A stretch of 64,000 nt of DNA from a virus (lineage: Duplodnaviria > Caudoviricetes). The stretch lies in the IMG/VR virus record IMGVR_UViG_2784132107_000001. One strand, 5' to 3'. A program made the position numbers and the translations under genes. Positions 8,944 to 17,632 of the stretch are shown piece after piece; within the stretch, counting starts at the first letter, position 1; each line of letters opens with the position of its first letter. The notes under the pieces are model-generated. The model did no database searches. It saw only the letters and a list, made by a program, of their open reading frames with translations, and was not told where the DNA came from.

Positions 8944-10356
8944 TTAATAGTTCGCGTTGTCGTAGAGACCCGGCTGCGTCGGCATGCCCGCAGGCAACGG
9001 TGCACCACCCCCGCCCTGCGGGTTATAGCCCGGCGGCGGCAGCGGCGGCGGGTTGCCCCCTTGCGGTAAGGCCGTCTGACGCTGGGGCGTGAAGGTCGCA
9101 AGGGCTTCCTGCTCGCTGCCGTACCACTGGCCATCCGAGCCCTGATACCCCGTCTGCCCCTGCGCGTTCTGTGCGGTCGGCACGCCGTTAGGGGTGGTCT
9201 TGCCACCGGGCGCACCCATGCCCTGCCCGAGCTTCGTGACCTTCATCTGGCCGTTCTTGCCCATCTGCACGACGGTGCCGCCGTTCTGGTCCAGATACGT
9301 GTTCGGGTTGTTCGGGTCGGCCATCCACTTCGGGCGGTTGCCCTGGGCCTGCACGCGCGCGGCGGCCGTATTGGCACCGCCATAGGCACGCGCGTAGGCC
9401 ATGCCGTTGGGCGACGAAACCATCAGGTATTTCTGCACGAGCGCCTGGCCCTGCGGCGAGGCAAGCTGTTCAGGCGTGAGTGCGTTGAGCTGGTCACGCA
9501 GCTGACCGGCGGCCCGGGCGGTGCCGAGGTTGACGTCCTCGAGGTTGGTCTGCGCATTAGTGAGGCCCGTGCGCGCCTCCATCTCGCCGGCCTGGGCGCC
9601 GTACATCTGGCCGCGCTGCGGAGCAATCAACGCTTCCGCGTTCGACTGGTTGGCAGCGCCCGTGTTGCGGGCGATCTCGGACGGCGCCATCGAGGCGCGC
9701 GTGCCTGAGTCCTGCAGCGCGGCCTGCCCGTGCAGCATCGACGCATCGGCCGTCTGCATCTGCGGCAGCAGGGTCGGGTCGGCGGCCAGCAGCGAGTTGC
9801 GCAGGATGCCGTTCTGCAGCGCGCCGGCCCCCGCGAGCAGCGTGGGCGCATGCGTGAGGTCGTAGGTCTGCCCGCTCGGCTGGCCATTGGGGTTCATCAG
9901 CGCGAGCGAGTTGCCATCGGGCGAGAGCTGATACTTGATGCCCTGCAGGTCGGCCTGCGAGAGCAGGGTCTTGCGCGCCGTGGCGATGTCGCCCGAGCTG
10001 ACCGCCGAATCCACGCTGTTATAGAAGTCGTGCGCCGCCTTGCCGGCATCCATGATGCCCTGTGTCTTCGTGTTCGCGAGGTTGAGCCCCGTCGCCTGCG
10101 CGCCCTCGCGGCCGTACTGCATCGCCTGCAGCGGCTGGCCGTGACGGGCCATCGCCGTCTGGACATCCTGGTTATAGGTGGGCGAGTTGGGGTCGAGCTG
10201 CGAAAGGTCCTGCTGCAGCCCCACCGTCTGCTGGTACTGGTTGTTCTGGACGTTGTACTGCAGCTGCCGCAGACGGTTCTGCTGCATCTGGTCGTAGACG
10301 TTCATGCCGCTGTTCATCGCGGCACCCGCTGCAACCCCCCAATCGATGTGGCCCAT
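8944..10356 (-). CDS. Putative internal virion (ejection) protein
   Basis: 470 aa, Gln/Ala/Gly-rich; lies between the pilot-like gene and the giant gene. Confidence 0.65.
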   Translation of the reverse strand: MGHIDWGVAAGAAMNSGMNVYDQMQQNRLRQLQYNVQNNQYQQTVGLQQDLSQLDPNSPTYNQDVQTAMARHGQPLQAMQYGREGAQATGLNLANTKTQGIMDAGKAAHDFYNSVDSAVSSGDIATARKTLLSQADLQGIKYQLSPDGNSLALMNPNGQPSGQTYDLTHAPTLLAGAGALQNGILRNSLLAADPTLLPQMQTADASMLHGQAALQDSGTRASMAPSEIARNTGAANQSNAEALIAPQRGQMYGAQAGEMEARTGLTNAQTNLEDVNLGTARAAGQLRDQLNALTPEQLASPQGQALVQKYLMVSSPNGMAYARAYGGANTAAARVQAQGNRPKWMADPNNPNTYLDQNGGTVVQMGKNGQMKVTKLGQGMGAPGGKTTPNGVPTAQNAQGQTGYQGSDGQWYGSEQEALATFTPQRQTALPQGGNPPPLPPPGYNPQGGGGAPLPAGMPTQPGLYDNANY

Positions 10357-10368
10357 ACTCGCCCCTGC

Positions 10369-11730
10369 TTACGTGTAGCCGGCGCCACTGAGGGCGCCAG
10401 AAGAAGGATTCGTCCAGCTGTAGCCGCCGAACGAGCCGGTATTCAGCGACGACCCCGCGCCCGAGTCACTGCCGAGGCCGGTCGTGAACCCATAGGGGTT
10501 GCTGCCTGTGGTGCTGGACCCATAGGGGGTGCTGCCTGTGGTGCTGGAGCTGCCGCCACCGCTGTGGCTGAACGCACCGAGAATGCCGCCGCCGACCGCG
10601 CCGATGGCCGCGCCCCAGGGGCCGAACGCCGAGCCAATCGATGCACCCGACATCGCCCCGCCGGCAACGTTGCTGAACGTGCTGCTGCCGCCCCCACTGC
10701 TGCCGCCCCCACTGCTGCCGCCCCCACTGCTGCCGCCCGAGCCGCCCGAGCCGCCCAACGACCCCAGCATGCCCATACCGCCGCCGAGCAGCGAGCCAAT
10801 GCCGGCCGAACTCGCCTGGTTCGCCTGGTTGTACGCCTGGTAGCCCTGCAGGTCGCCCTGGTACTGGCCAAGCCCGAGCTGGCCCACGCCCGCCGCGAGG
10901 CTACCCGAGGTTGAGTACGCCTGATTGTTAGCACTGCTCGCGTTCAGCGCGTTGTTCACGCCAAGCTGTCCGGTGTTGGCGGCCAGGCCGCTCGCGTTCA
11001 GCCCGAGTGCGCTCGCGTTCTGGGCGAGCGACTGGGAGTTCAGTCCGAGCGACGTGTTCTGTGCGGCGTAGCCGGGAAGCGTCTGGCCAAGCGAAGCGGC
11101 CTGGCTCTGCATGTTCCACCCGAGCTGCTGGGCAGCGACGCGCGCACGCGAGGCCGCGGCGGCCTGGTTGGCGGCCTGGTTGATCTGGTTGGCGTTCCAC
11201 ATGCCCTGGTAGGCACCCGAGGCCGGGTTGACGCCGGCCTGCTGCATCTGCATCTGGGTGGCCTGGTTCGCCGCGTTGTAGCTGGCGTTGACGTCGCCCA
11301 CCGCAAGCTGCGCCTGCTGGTTGTAGTTGCCCTCGGTGTTGTAGTTGTTCGCCTTGTCGACCATGTTCTGCATCAGCGGCATGTACGTGTTCTGGTACGC
11401 GCTGTTGTAGGTGTTGGCCGTGCCATTCAGCGCCTGCTGCTGGGCGACCATCGCGTTCTGCTGGTTCGCGAGGACCTGCTGCTGCTGCGTGTCGTAGGCT
11501 TCCTGCGCCTGCGTGTTGGTGTTCTGCGCCTGCAGTGCCGACTGGATCTGCGGCATGTACGTGTTGGTGTACCCGCCAATCTGGTTCTGCTGCAGCTGGC
11601 CGAGCTGCTTCTCCGCGCCGGTGATCCCCGGATTCGGCGACGGCGGGGTGGCGGCACCCGACGAGCCCTTGCCGTGGGGCCTGGCCCAGATACCGTACTT
11701 CGCGTTAGCAAGTTCTCGCAGCAGGTTCAT
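10369..11730 (-). CDS. Putative DNA pilot/ejection protein
   Basis: 453 aa, Gln/Asn/Ala helical region; C-terminal glycine zipper GAMSGASIGSAFGPWGAAIGAVGGGILG. Confidence 0.65.
   Translation of the reverse strand: MNLLRELANAKYGIWARPHGKGSSGAATPPSPNPGITGAEKQLGQLQQNQIGGYTNTYMPQIQSALQAQNTNTQAQEAYDTQQQQVLANQQNAMVAQQQALNGTANTYNSAYQNTYMPLMQNMVDKANNYNTEGNYNQQAQLAVGDVNASYNAANQATQMQMQQAGVNPASGAYQGMWNANQINQAANQAAAASRARVAAQQLGWNMQSQAASLGQTLPGYAAQNTSLGLNSQSLAQNASALGLNASGLAANTGQLGVNNALNASSANNQAYSTSGSLAAGVGQLGLGQYQGDLQGYQAYNQANQASSAGIGSLLGGGMGMLGSLGGSGGSGGSSGGGSSGGGSSGGGSSTFSNVAGGAMSGASIGSAFGPWGAAIGAVGGGILGAFSHSGGGSSSTTGSTPYGSSTTGSNPYGFTTGLGSDSGAGSSLNTGSFGGYSWTNPSSGALSGAGYT
10491..10548. repeat. 30-bp tandem repeat x2 (SSTTGSxPYG)
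   Basis: CATAGGGGxTGCTGCCTGTGGTGCTGGA twice. Confidence 0.8.
10682..10756. repeat. 15-bp tandem repeat encoding (GGGSS)n linker
   Basis: CTGCTGCCGCCCCCA x3-4 plus GAGCCGCCC units. Confidence 0.85.
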
Positions 11731-12139
11731 CAGAGATCCATCGGCATTCTTCGCGCAGCATCCCGTACACGATCAGGTCGGAGCCATCCTCCATTCCACG
11801 GCGTAGCAGCCCTTCCTGCACAAACCCCACATGCTCGTCGAACCTGCGCGCCGCATGGTTGTTCGCGCCGACCAGGCCGGTCACGCGACTACACTTCAAC
11901 TGCACAAACGGATAGACGAAGAAGCGGAACATCGCCTGTTTCGTGGCCCATCGCGCGCCGGGCTCCGCTGCCACATGCATGCAGATGTCGTTGCCCGTGT
12001 AGCGGTCATAGACCACCCCAGCGATCAGCTCCCCGTCGCGCTCCACGCCAATCGCGGTGGTGTCGCCGAACTTCACGCCGATCCGCCTGGCGACCCATGC
12101 GGTGACGCGCGCGTCCTCGCCGTAAATGAAATCGATCAT
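11705..12139 (-). CDS. GNAT-fold protein of the podovirus tail/ejection region
   Basis: 144 aa; N..ARRFDEHVGFVQEGLLR and DLIVYGMLREECRW; typical position before ejection genes. Confidence 0.8.
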   Translation of the reverse strand: MIDFIYGEDARVTAWVARRIGVKFGDTTAIGVERDGELIAGVVYDRYTGNDICMHVAAEPGARWATKQAMFRFFVYPFVQLKCSRVTGLVGANNHAARRFDEHVGFVQEGLLRRGMEDGSDLIVYGMLREECRWISDEPAARTC

Positions 12140-12179
12140 ATCTGCTAACTTTAAAGCATTAACCTGCTCACGTTAAACA

Positions 12180-12395
12180 CTATGCGCCGGCCGCGTTAAT
12201 ACGTTGGATGATGGTGTTGATCGCCGCGATGATCTGCGCCGTGCTCGCGGTCGAGGACAGCTGGGTGAGTACGGGCGAACCCGGGCGCACCCCGGTCATC
12301 AGCTCGACGTTCTCCTTCAGCGGCCCGATGATGCGGCCGAGCTGCGCATCGAGCGACAGCACACTCGGCACGGCCGGTTTCTTCAGGGCGGTCAT
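12180..12395 (-). CDS. Hypothetical virion protein
   Basis: 71 aa; coupled to the upstream tail gene. Confidence 0.65.
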   Translation of the reverse strand: MTALKKPAVPSVLSLDAQLGRIIGPLKENVELMTGVRPGSPVLTQLSSTASTAQIIAAINTIIQRINAAGA

Positions 12396-14203
12396 GCGCG
12401 TCTGAGCTCCCCAACGGTGGTGGCCATCGTGAACCGGCGCACGGCCGTATTGCCGGTGATGAGGATCTCCCAGGTCGTCGCCTTGAACCCGGCGGGCATG
12501 CGCACCGGGTCATTGGAGGTCATGCCGGCTTCGAACACCTGCACGCCATCGGCGAAGATGGTCACCTGGATGCTGCGCACGTCTTCGGTCGCGATGATCG
12601 GGATCAGGCTGCTGCCGTCGACCGTCAGGGCGTTGTTGACGGTGTTGTTCAGGCAGCCGCCCAGCGAGGTGGAGGCGTCCGCGGCGAAGGTCGCCGCGTT
12701 GGAGGCCTCGTTGGCAAAGATCTGGTTGTTGTAGGCGATGCCCCCCTGGATGTAGCTGTAGTCCGCCTTCACCTTCAGCGCGCCAAAGTTGGTCGGCTCG
12801 GTCATCTCGTAGAGCCGTGAGCGCCACTGGTAGATCGTCGCGTTCTGGGGGTCAGCGTCAAGCTGGTAGATGTTGTTGTCGACGCTGGACACCGCATAGA
12901 TCCTGCCAGTCAGCCGGTCGACATAGACACAGCTGGCGGGGAAGTCGTAGGTCGCGAGCGGCGGCGTGTCCGCACGCGAGAAGACGAACGCCGAGGTCGG
13001 CCCCGTGCCGTTGTTCCAGAAGCCGATGTACATGTTGTTGTACAGCAGGCCCACGATCGAGGCCGGGCTCAGCGGCTGCCACTCGTCGCGCGTGTACAGC
13101 GACTGCGTGATGACGTCCTGGATGCCGGGGCCAATCGCGAGCAGCCCGTTCGGGCTTGCGTAGACGACGCCCCACTGGTCACCGACGATCGAGCGCTTCG
13201 AGACGCACGGCTGGAGGATCGGCAGCTTTTCCTGCGACACCGACGAGGGCGTGGTGCCGGTGATGAGGTACGGGTTCTTGGTCGTGCCGACAAAGAGCGA
13301 GTTGCCAAACACCCCCAGCCCCACGATCGGATACTCGGTCACCTGCTGGTAGGTGACGGGCCACGCGTGCGGCTTGTAGGGCTCGCAGAACCACACCTGG
13401 TTGCCAACAAACCCGGCCAGCATGCCGTTGGGCATCTCGACCAGGCCCTGCAGGCCCGAGGGCGGCGGGGTGTAGTAGGTCGACTGGAGCACCTGGCCGA
13501 GCTGCGTCACCGTCAGCGCATCGACGTAGGATGCCGTGCCGATCGCGATCTGCGCGACGAACTGGTACGAGACCGTGCTGGTGCCCGCGACCGACCGGTA
13601 GATGTTGATGTACTGGAAGTTGTAGTTGCCCGCCGGGGGCGCGGTGAAGCCGTTCACCGTCACCGTCGCGCCGGTGCTCGAGACGTTCACCGTCGCCGCA
13701 GGGCTGGGTGCCGATTCTTCCTGGATCGCCCCGAACACGGTGACGTAGGTGTACACGTACGCGCGCGTCTCGGCAGGCGCGGTGGTCGAGCTCGGCGTGA
13801 GCGTCGGGCCCCCCGTGGGAGCCGGTACGCCGAGCTCGTAATAGGCGGCCGGGTACGGACCCATGCCCGTGCTCGCGAGCGCCCAGTTGGTCTTGCGCGG
13901 CGCGAAGGTGGCGCCCGTGTAATAGATCCGGTAGTCGCCGTTATCCGCAAGCACCCCCGCCACCACATCGACGTCACAGTTCCACGTGAGCCAGCGCGTG
14001 TTGATCGTCGGGCCCTGCAGCAGGTAGATCGCCTGCACGGCCGTGGTCAGCGGCGTATAGGCGACGACGGGCTTCTGCCAGGGGCGCAGCTCGCCGGACT
14101 GCATCTTCACGTTGCTCGCCAGCTGCGCGTTCATCGGCCCGAGCCGCGAGGGCCCGAGTCGAGGGACGATGCCGGAGAAGCCTTCGATGGCGATCGTGGT
14201 CAT
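12392..14203 (-). CDS. Tail nozzle/stabilisation protein (tail tubular B-like)
   Basis: 603 aa, beta-rich; NGMLAGFVGNQVWFCEPYKPHAWP; position in the tail block. Confidence 0.7.
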   Translation of the reverse strand: MTTIAIEGFSGIVPRLGPSRLGPMNAQLASNVKMQSGELRPWQKPVVAYTPLTTAVQAIYLLQGPTINTRWLTWNCDVDVVAGVLADNGDYRIYYTGATFAPRKTNWALASTGMGPYPAAYYELGVPAPTGGPTLTPSSTTAPAETRAYVYTYVTVFGAIQEESAPSPAATVNVSSTGATVTVNGFTAPPAGNYNFQYINIYRSVAGTSTVSYQFVAQIAIGTASYVDALTVTQLGQVLQSTYYTPPPSGLQGLVEMPNGMLAGFVGNQVWFCEPYKPHAWPVTYQQVTEYPIVGLGVFGNSLFVGTTKNPYLITGTTPSSVSQEKLPILQPCVSKRSIVGDQWGVVYASPNGLLAIGPGIQDVITQSLYTRDEWQPLSPASIVGLLYNNMYIGFWNNGTGPTSAFVFSRADTPPLATYDFPASCVYVDRLTGRIYAVSSVDNNIYQLDADPQNATIYQWRSRLYEMTEPTNFGALKVKADYSYIQGGIAYNNQIFANEASNAATFAADASTSLGGCLNNTVNNALTVDGSSLIPIIATEDVRSIQVTIFADGVQVFEAGMTSNDPVRMPAGFKATTWEILITGNTAVRRFTMATTVGELRRA

Positions 14204-14692
14204 TTACCAGAACTTGAATGAGAGACACACGGGCGCGCGGTGCGATGGTCCCCAGCTGTATGCGGGTGCCGCCCACGCATCGTTCTGCCAGTACGCCCAG
14301 GCCTTCCAGCCCAGCTTCAGGCTGAGTACGCCAGTGCCCTGGTACTTGAGACAGAACGCGCCATAGCGCGACCAGGCGAAAAACCAGCTGGCCGAGTTGG
14401 TGACGACCGTCCAGTGCGCTGCATCGAACGCGATACCAAACGGCCAGTAGTCAAAGCCATACCCGGGGTTGCGCCGCAGCCACTGCGTGCGCGTGCTCTC
14501 GAGCGAGCCCGTCCAGCTGAAGGGTGGCTTGCGGCAGTCATCGAGCGTCGCGTCGAACGTCTGGAACCAGTAGAGGTACGTCGGCAGGTTGCCGTCCGCG
14601 CCGGTCGTCATCGCGAGGAGCGGCGCGAGGAGCCACGTGAGGCCCCCCATCAGGACCGAGCCCAGCGCGAAGAATGGGTAGAGGAGCAGCAT
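14204..14692 (-). CDS. Hypothetical Trp-rich protein with N-terminal TM segment
   Basis: 162 aa; LYWFQTFDATLD and WLRRNPGYGF; downstream of the holin. Confidence 0.7.
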   Translation of the reverse strand: MLLLYPFFALGSVLMGGLTWLLAPLLAMTTGADGNLPTYLYWFQTFDATLDDCRKPPFSWTGSLESTRTQWLRRNPGYGFDYWPFGIAFDAAHWTVVTNSASWFFAWSRYGAFCLKYQGTGVLSLKLGWKAWAYWQNDAWAAPAYSWGPSHRAPVCLSFKFW

Positions 14693-14694
14693 GG

Positions 14695-15039
14695 CTATTC
14701 CCCATCGGGGATGATGGCGCGGCGGCCCGCGTCGGCCACGACGGACTCCGCGCAGTGGTCAACCGGCTTGCCGGCGATGAGCGTCGCGACCCAGCCCAGG
14801 AACGCGCAGAGCACGCAGCCCCACCCGCGGCCGGCGGCACGTGCCTTGCCAGCGCGGCTGCTGATCGTCTCGCGCGGATCGCCGAACGCGCTCGCGTTGC
14901 ACAGGCAGTCGAAACTGTAGGCCACGCTATGCAGCCAGCCATCGCCGTTCGGGCGGTAGAGGAACACCAGCGCGCCGGCGAAGTACCAGAGACCGATGAA
15001 GAGGTTCGAGACGTACAGCGTGGCGATCGCGATCATCAT
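14695..15039 (-). CDS. Hypothetical membrane/Cys-containing phage protein
   Basis: 114 aa; GDPRETISSRAGK..CVLC..DHC. Confidence 0.7.
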   Translation of the reverse strand: MMIAIATLYVSNLFIGLWYFAGALVFLYRPNGDGWLHSVAYSFDCLCNASAFGDPRETISSRAGKARAAGRGWGCVLCAFLGWVATLIAGKPVDHCAESVVADAGRRAIIPDGE

Positions 15040-15620
15040 TACCCCCGGTTATCGGTCGGGACGCGCGGGTCGGCCTGCATCTTGCCGCGGAAGTACGAAG
15101 CGATACCGAGGACAGCCGTCTGCACGCCCATGATCCCGGCCATCGACCCCAGCATTGGCGGGAGGTAGCTGAGCACGTTTGCATCGACGTGGAAATACAT
15201 CACACCGACGTAGGCCATCAGCACGACGAGCGAGGTGAGCAGCCCCTCGACGCCGTAGCAGAACCCGACGAACGGGCGCCACGTGTAGGTCGGCCAGTGA
15301 TCGGCCTTCGCCTCGACCTGCATGGTCGCGTTGACCGTCTGCGCGTCGGTGGTGTCGGCGCTCAGTTCGGCCTCTTCCTGCTGGGCCGCGATCTGCGCGA
15401 GCTGCACCTGCTGGTCGAGCATGGCCTTCTTGAACTGCAGCTCGAGGTTCGGGTCCGCCTGGATGGCAGCCAGCGCCGCATCCGGCGCGGACTGGCCTGT
15501 GACCTGCTGCGCGATGCCCACCACCTTGGTGGCGACGTCTGCGGCCTTCGAGCCACCCAGCCAGTTGGCGATCATCGGCACGAAGTTAGCCAGTGCCATG
15601 GCGATCGGGATCAGCGGCAT
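15039..15620 (-). CDS. Holin (GTA 3TM-like family)
   Basis: Start MPLIPIAMAL at 15620 overlaps the endolysin stop (TAATG); WRPFVGF motif followed by TM helices. Confidence 0.75.
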   Translation of the reverse strand: MPLIPIAMALANFVPMIANWLGGSKAADVATKVVGIAQQVTGQSAPDAALAAIQADPNLELQFKKAMLDQQVQLAQIAAQQEEAELSADTTDAQTVNATMQVEAKADHWPTYTWRPFVGFCYGVEGLLTSLVVLMAYVGVMYFHVDANVLSYLPPMLGSMAGIMGVQTAVLGIASYFRGKMQADPRVPTDNRG

Positions 15621-16102
15621 TACAGCGCTCCCTTGAGCAGGTTGTTGGCGATGCGGTTGATCCACCCCTTGCCGAAGGTGACCCACGCCCTGAGCGAGAC
15701 GTAGTAGCGCAGGCGCAGCGCGTTCCAGCGCATCATGAATTTCAGCGGGTCCGTCTTCGAAACCGCGATGATCGTGTGGGGTCCCAGGAGGCCGTCCACC
15801 GCCGAGCCCGAAGCGCCCTGCATCCAGATCACGCAGTGGCCGCCGTTGTAGTTGGCGTCCAGGATCTGGAAGGCGACGCGCGGGTCAAACTCGTCCAGGT
15901 GCAGCGGGTCCCAGTACAGCTTTTTGGCGATGGCCTTCGCGGTGTCCTGCGGCAGGTCCTGCATGGCGCCGGTATAGCCCGAGGCGCGTGCCACCCGCTC
16001 GGTGACCCCCCACATCGTGGCGCCGCCGGGGTCTGCCGGGTTGTCGACATACTTCCCTTCGTTGCCGATCAACGCGGTGAAGGCGTCGTCAAAGCTGCTC
16101 AC
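15620..16102 (-). CDS. Endolysin, glycoside hydrolase family 108
   Basis: EGKYVDNPADPGGATMWGVT catalytic motif; C-terminal FGKGWINRI peptidoglycan-binding motif. Confidence 0.92.
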   Translation of the reverse strand: MSSFDDAFTALIGNEGKYVDNPADPGGATMWGVTERVARASGYTGAMQDLPQDTAKAIAKKLYWDPLHLDEFDPRVAFQILDANYNGGHCVIWMQGASGSAVDGLLGPHTIIAVSKTDPLKFMMRWNALRLRYYVSLRAWVTFGKGWINRIANNLLKGAL

Positions 16103-16314
16103 TTCTTGGCCTTTGCCTTCGCATCAGCGATGGCCTGCTCGGCCGCGATGCCTTCTTCCAGCTCGCTGGCGATCAGCAGGCCTTCCTCATTCAGCGTGAA
16201 GGTCGGCGCGGCGTCGCCCACGATACGGCGGTCTTCCTGAATGCCAAGGACGAGCCGGCCGCCCACCATTTCTGCGCCGGTCTTTGCAACGAAGTCTTCC
16301 AGACTGATCGACAT
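16099..16314 (-). CDS. Hypothetical protein
   Basis: 71 aa; GGAG SD; overlaps the endolysin start. Confidence 0.7.
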   Translation of the reverse strand: MSISLEDFVAKTGAEMVGGRLVLGIQEDRRIVGDAAPTFTLNEEGLLIASELEEGIAAEQAIADAKAKAKK

Positions 16315-16342
16315 ATGTGCTCCATGTATCTACAAGGGGGTG

Positions 16343-16663
16343 CTACTTGTTAACCTGTGCCTCGATGCGTGCGATGTGATTACGCAGGTCTTCGCGGAAC
16401 AGTTCGATGTACTCCTTCATGTCGGCCTTGAGCTCCGCATGCAGCTCGCGCAGGTCGCCCTTGCGCATGTACTCGCCTGCGACCGTCACCTTCAGCGCAC
16501 CGTGCGCGTCCTGGAGGTCATCCAGCTCCTGCCTGACGTCCTTCAGGTCGTCACGGGTGTTCTTGACGTACCCGCCGACGACCGCGAGGATGGCGGTAAA
16601 CAGAAGGGTCGCAACCAACGAAACCCAGTAATAGACTGCCATCGGATCACCCATGTTAGCCAC
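16343..16663 (-). CDS. Single-TM plus coiled-coil protein (possible lysis accessory)
   Basis: 106 aa; N-terminal hydrophobic helix then heptad pattern. Confidence 0.6.
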   Translation of the reverse strand: MANMGDPMAVYYWVSLVATLLFTAILAVVGGYVKNTRDDLKDVRQELDDLQDAHGALKVTVAGEYMRKGDLRELHAELKADMKEYIELFREDLRNHIARIEAQVNK

Positions 16664-16704
16664 TTCACGAGGTTTTGTTAGCTGGTTAAAGTTTACAGGC
16701 GTAC

Positions 16705-17625
16705 CTAGCCGGTGTACATGATGTAGGCCAGCGCGTAGTAGGGCGGCCGGTTCTCGATCGACGAACCGCTACCGGTGTTCTGGATCGAGATGCTGGTGCC
16801 CGCCCCGTAGATCCCGATGTTGCTGCCCGCGCCCAGGATCGAGATGTTGGTGCCGTGCGCCGCAATGCTGATATTTGCTGATGCGGCGTTCATGGACGTG
16901 CCGCGATTGACGGTGCTGCCGCCCGAAAGACCGCTGCCGCCACCCGAATAGGCATAGACCTGGGCTGAGCCGTCCGACCATCCGTGTACGTGGCCGGGAT
17001 CGTTGACGCCGTGGACGTGGCCGGGGTCGCTGATGCCGTGCCCGTGACCGGGGTCGTACACGCTGTGCGCGTGGCCGGGGTCGCTAACACCGTGGCCGTG
17101 CGCCGGCAGCTGGCTGACTGTGAGGCTGTAGGTCGCCGCCCCGCCGGTGGCCGCCACCGCGTAGGTGCTGCCCGCGCCGACGATAAACCTGTTGCGCAGG
17201 TCAGGCGTGCCGGTCGTGCCGTCGCACAGGTGCCAGTGCGCGGGGATGGTGGCCACCGACCCGCTCCACAGGGCGATGATCCCGGTGAAGAGCGGCGCGA
17301 TCGTCGCGTTGAACGTGGCGATGTCGAGATAGTCGTGAAAGAGCGCGGCCGGCGTGCGCAGCTCGAACTTGTCGCCCGCGGTCCACGCCAGGCCCGCGGT
17401 GTTGTCCTGCCCGCGCAGCACTGTCAGGGCGTCGCCCGCGAGGGCCGTCACCTTGACGATCTCGATGTTGTTCGCCGCGTTGTTCAGCGTGCCCCAGAAC
17501 CAGTCGCCGGGCTGCAGCACCGGAAAGCGTGCCCCCTGCCCCGCCGCAAGCGTGATCGTCGTCTGCGAGCTGGTGAGGTTACCGGCAAGCGTGCCGAACG
17601 CGTTGTTAGCTACTTTGACAACCAT
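16705..17625 (-). CDS. Short tail fibre with tail-collar domain and HxH repeats
   Basis: GIIALWSG..IPAHWHLCDG..TPDLRNRFIVGAG collar; (DPGHxH)n; ENRPPYYALAYIM end. Confidence 0.85.
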   Translation of the reverse strand: MVVKVANNAFGTLAGNLTSSQTTITLAAGQGARFPVLQPGDWFWGTLNNAANNIEIVKVTALAGDALTVLRGQDNTAGLAWTAGDKFELRTPAALFHDYLDIATFNATIAPLFTGIIALWSGSVATIPAHWHLCDGTTGTPDLRNRFIVGAGSTYAVAATGGAATYSLTVSQLPAHGHGVSDPGHAHSVYDPGHGHGISDPGHVHGVNDPGHVHGWSDGSAQVYAYSGGGSGLSGGSTVNRGTSMNAASANISIAAHGTNISILGAGSNIGIYGAGTSISIQNTGSGSSIENRPPYYALAYIMYTG

Positions 17626-17632
17626 AAGGTCC

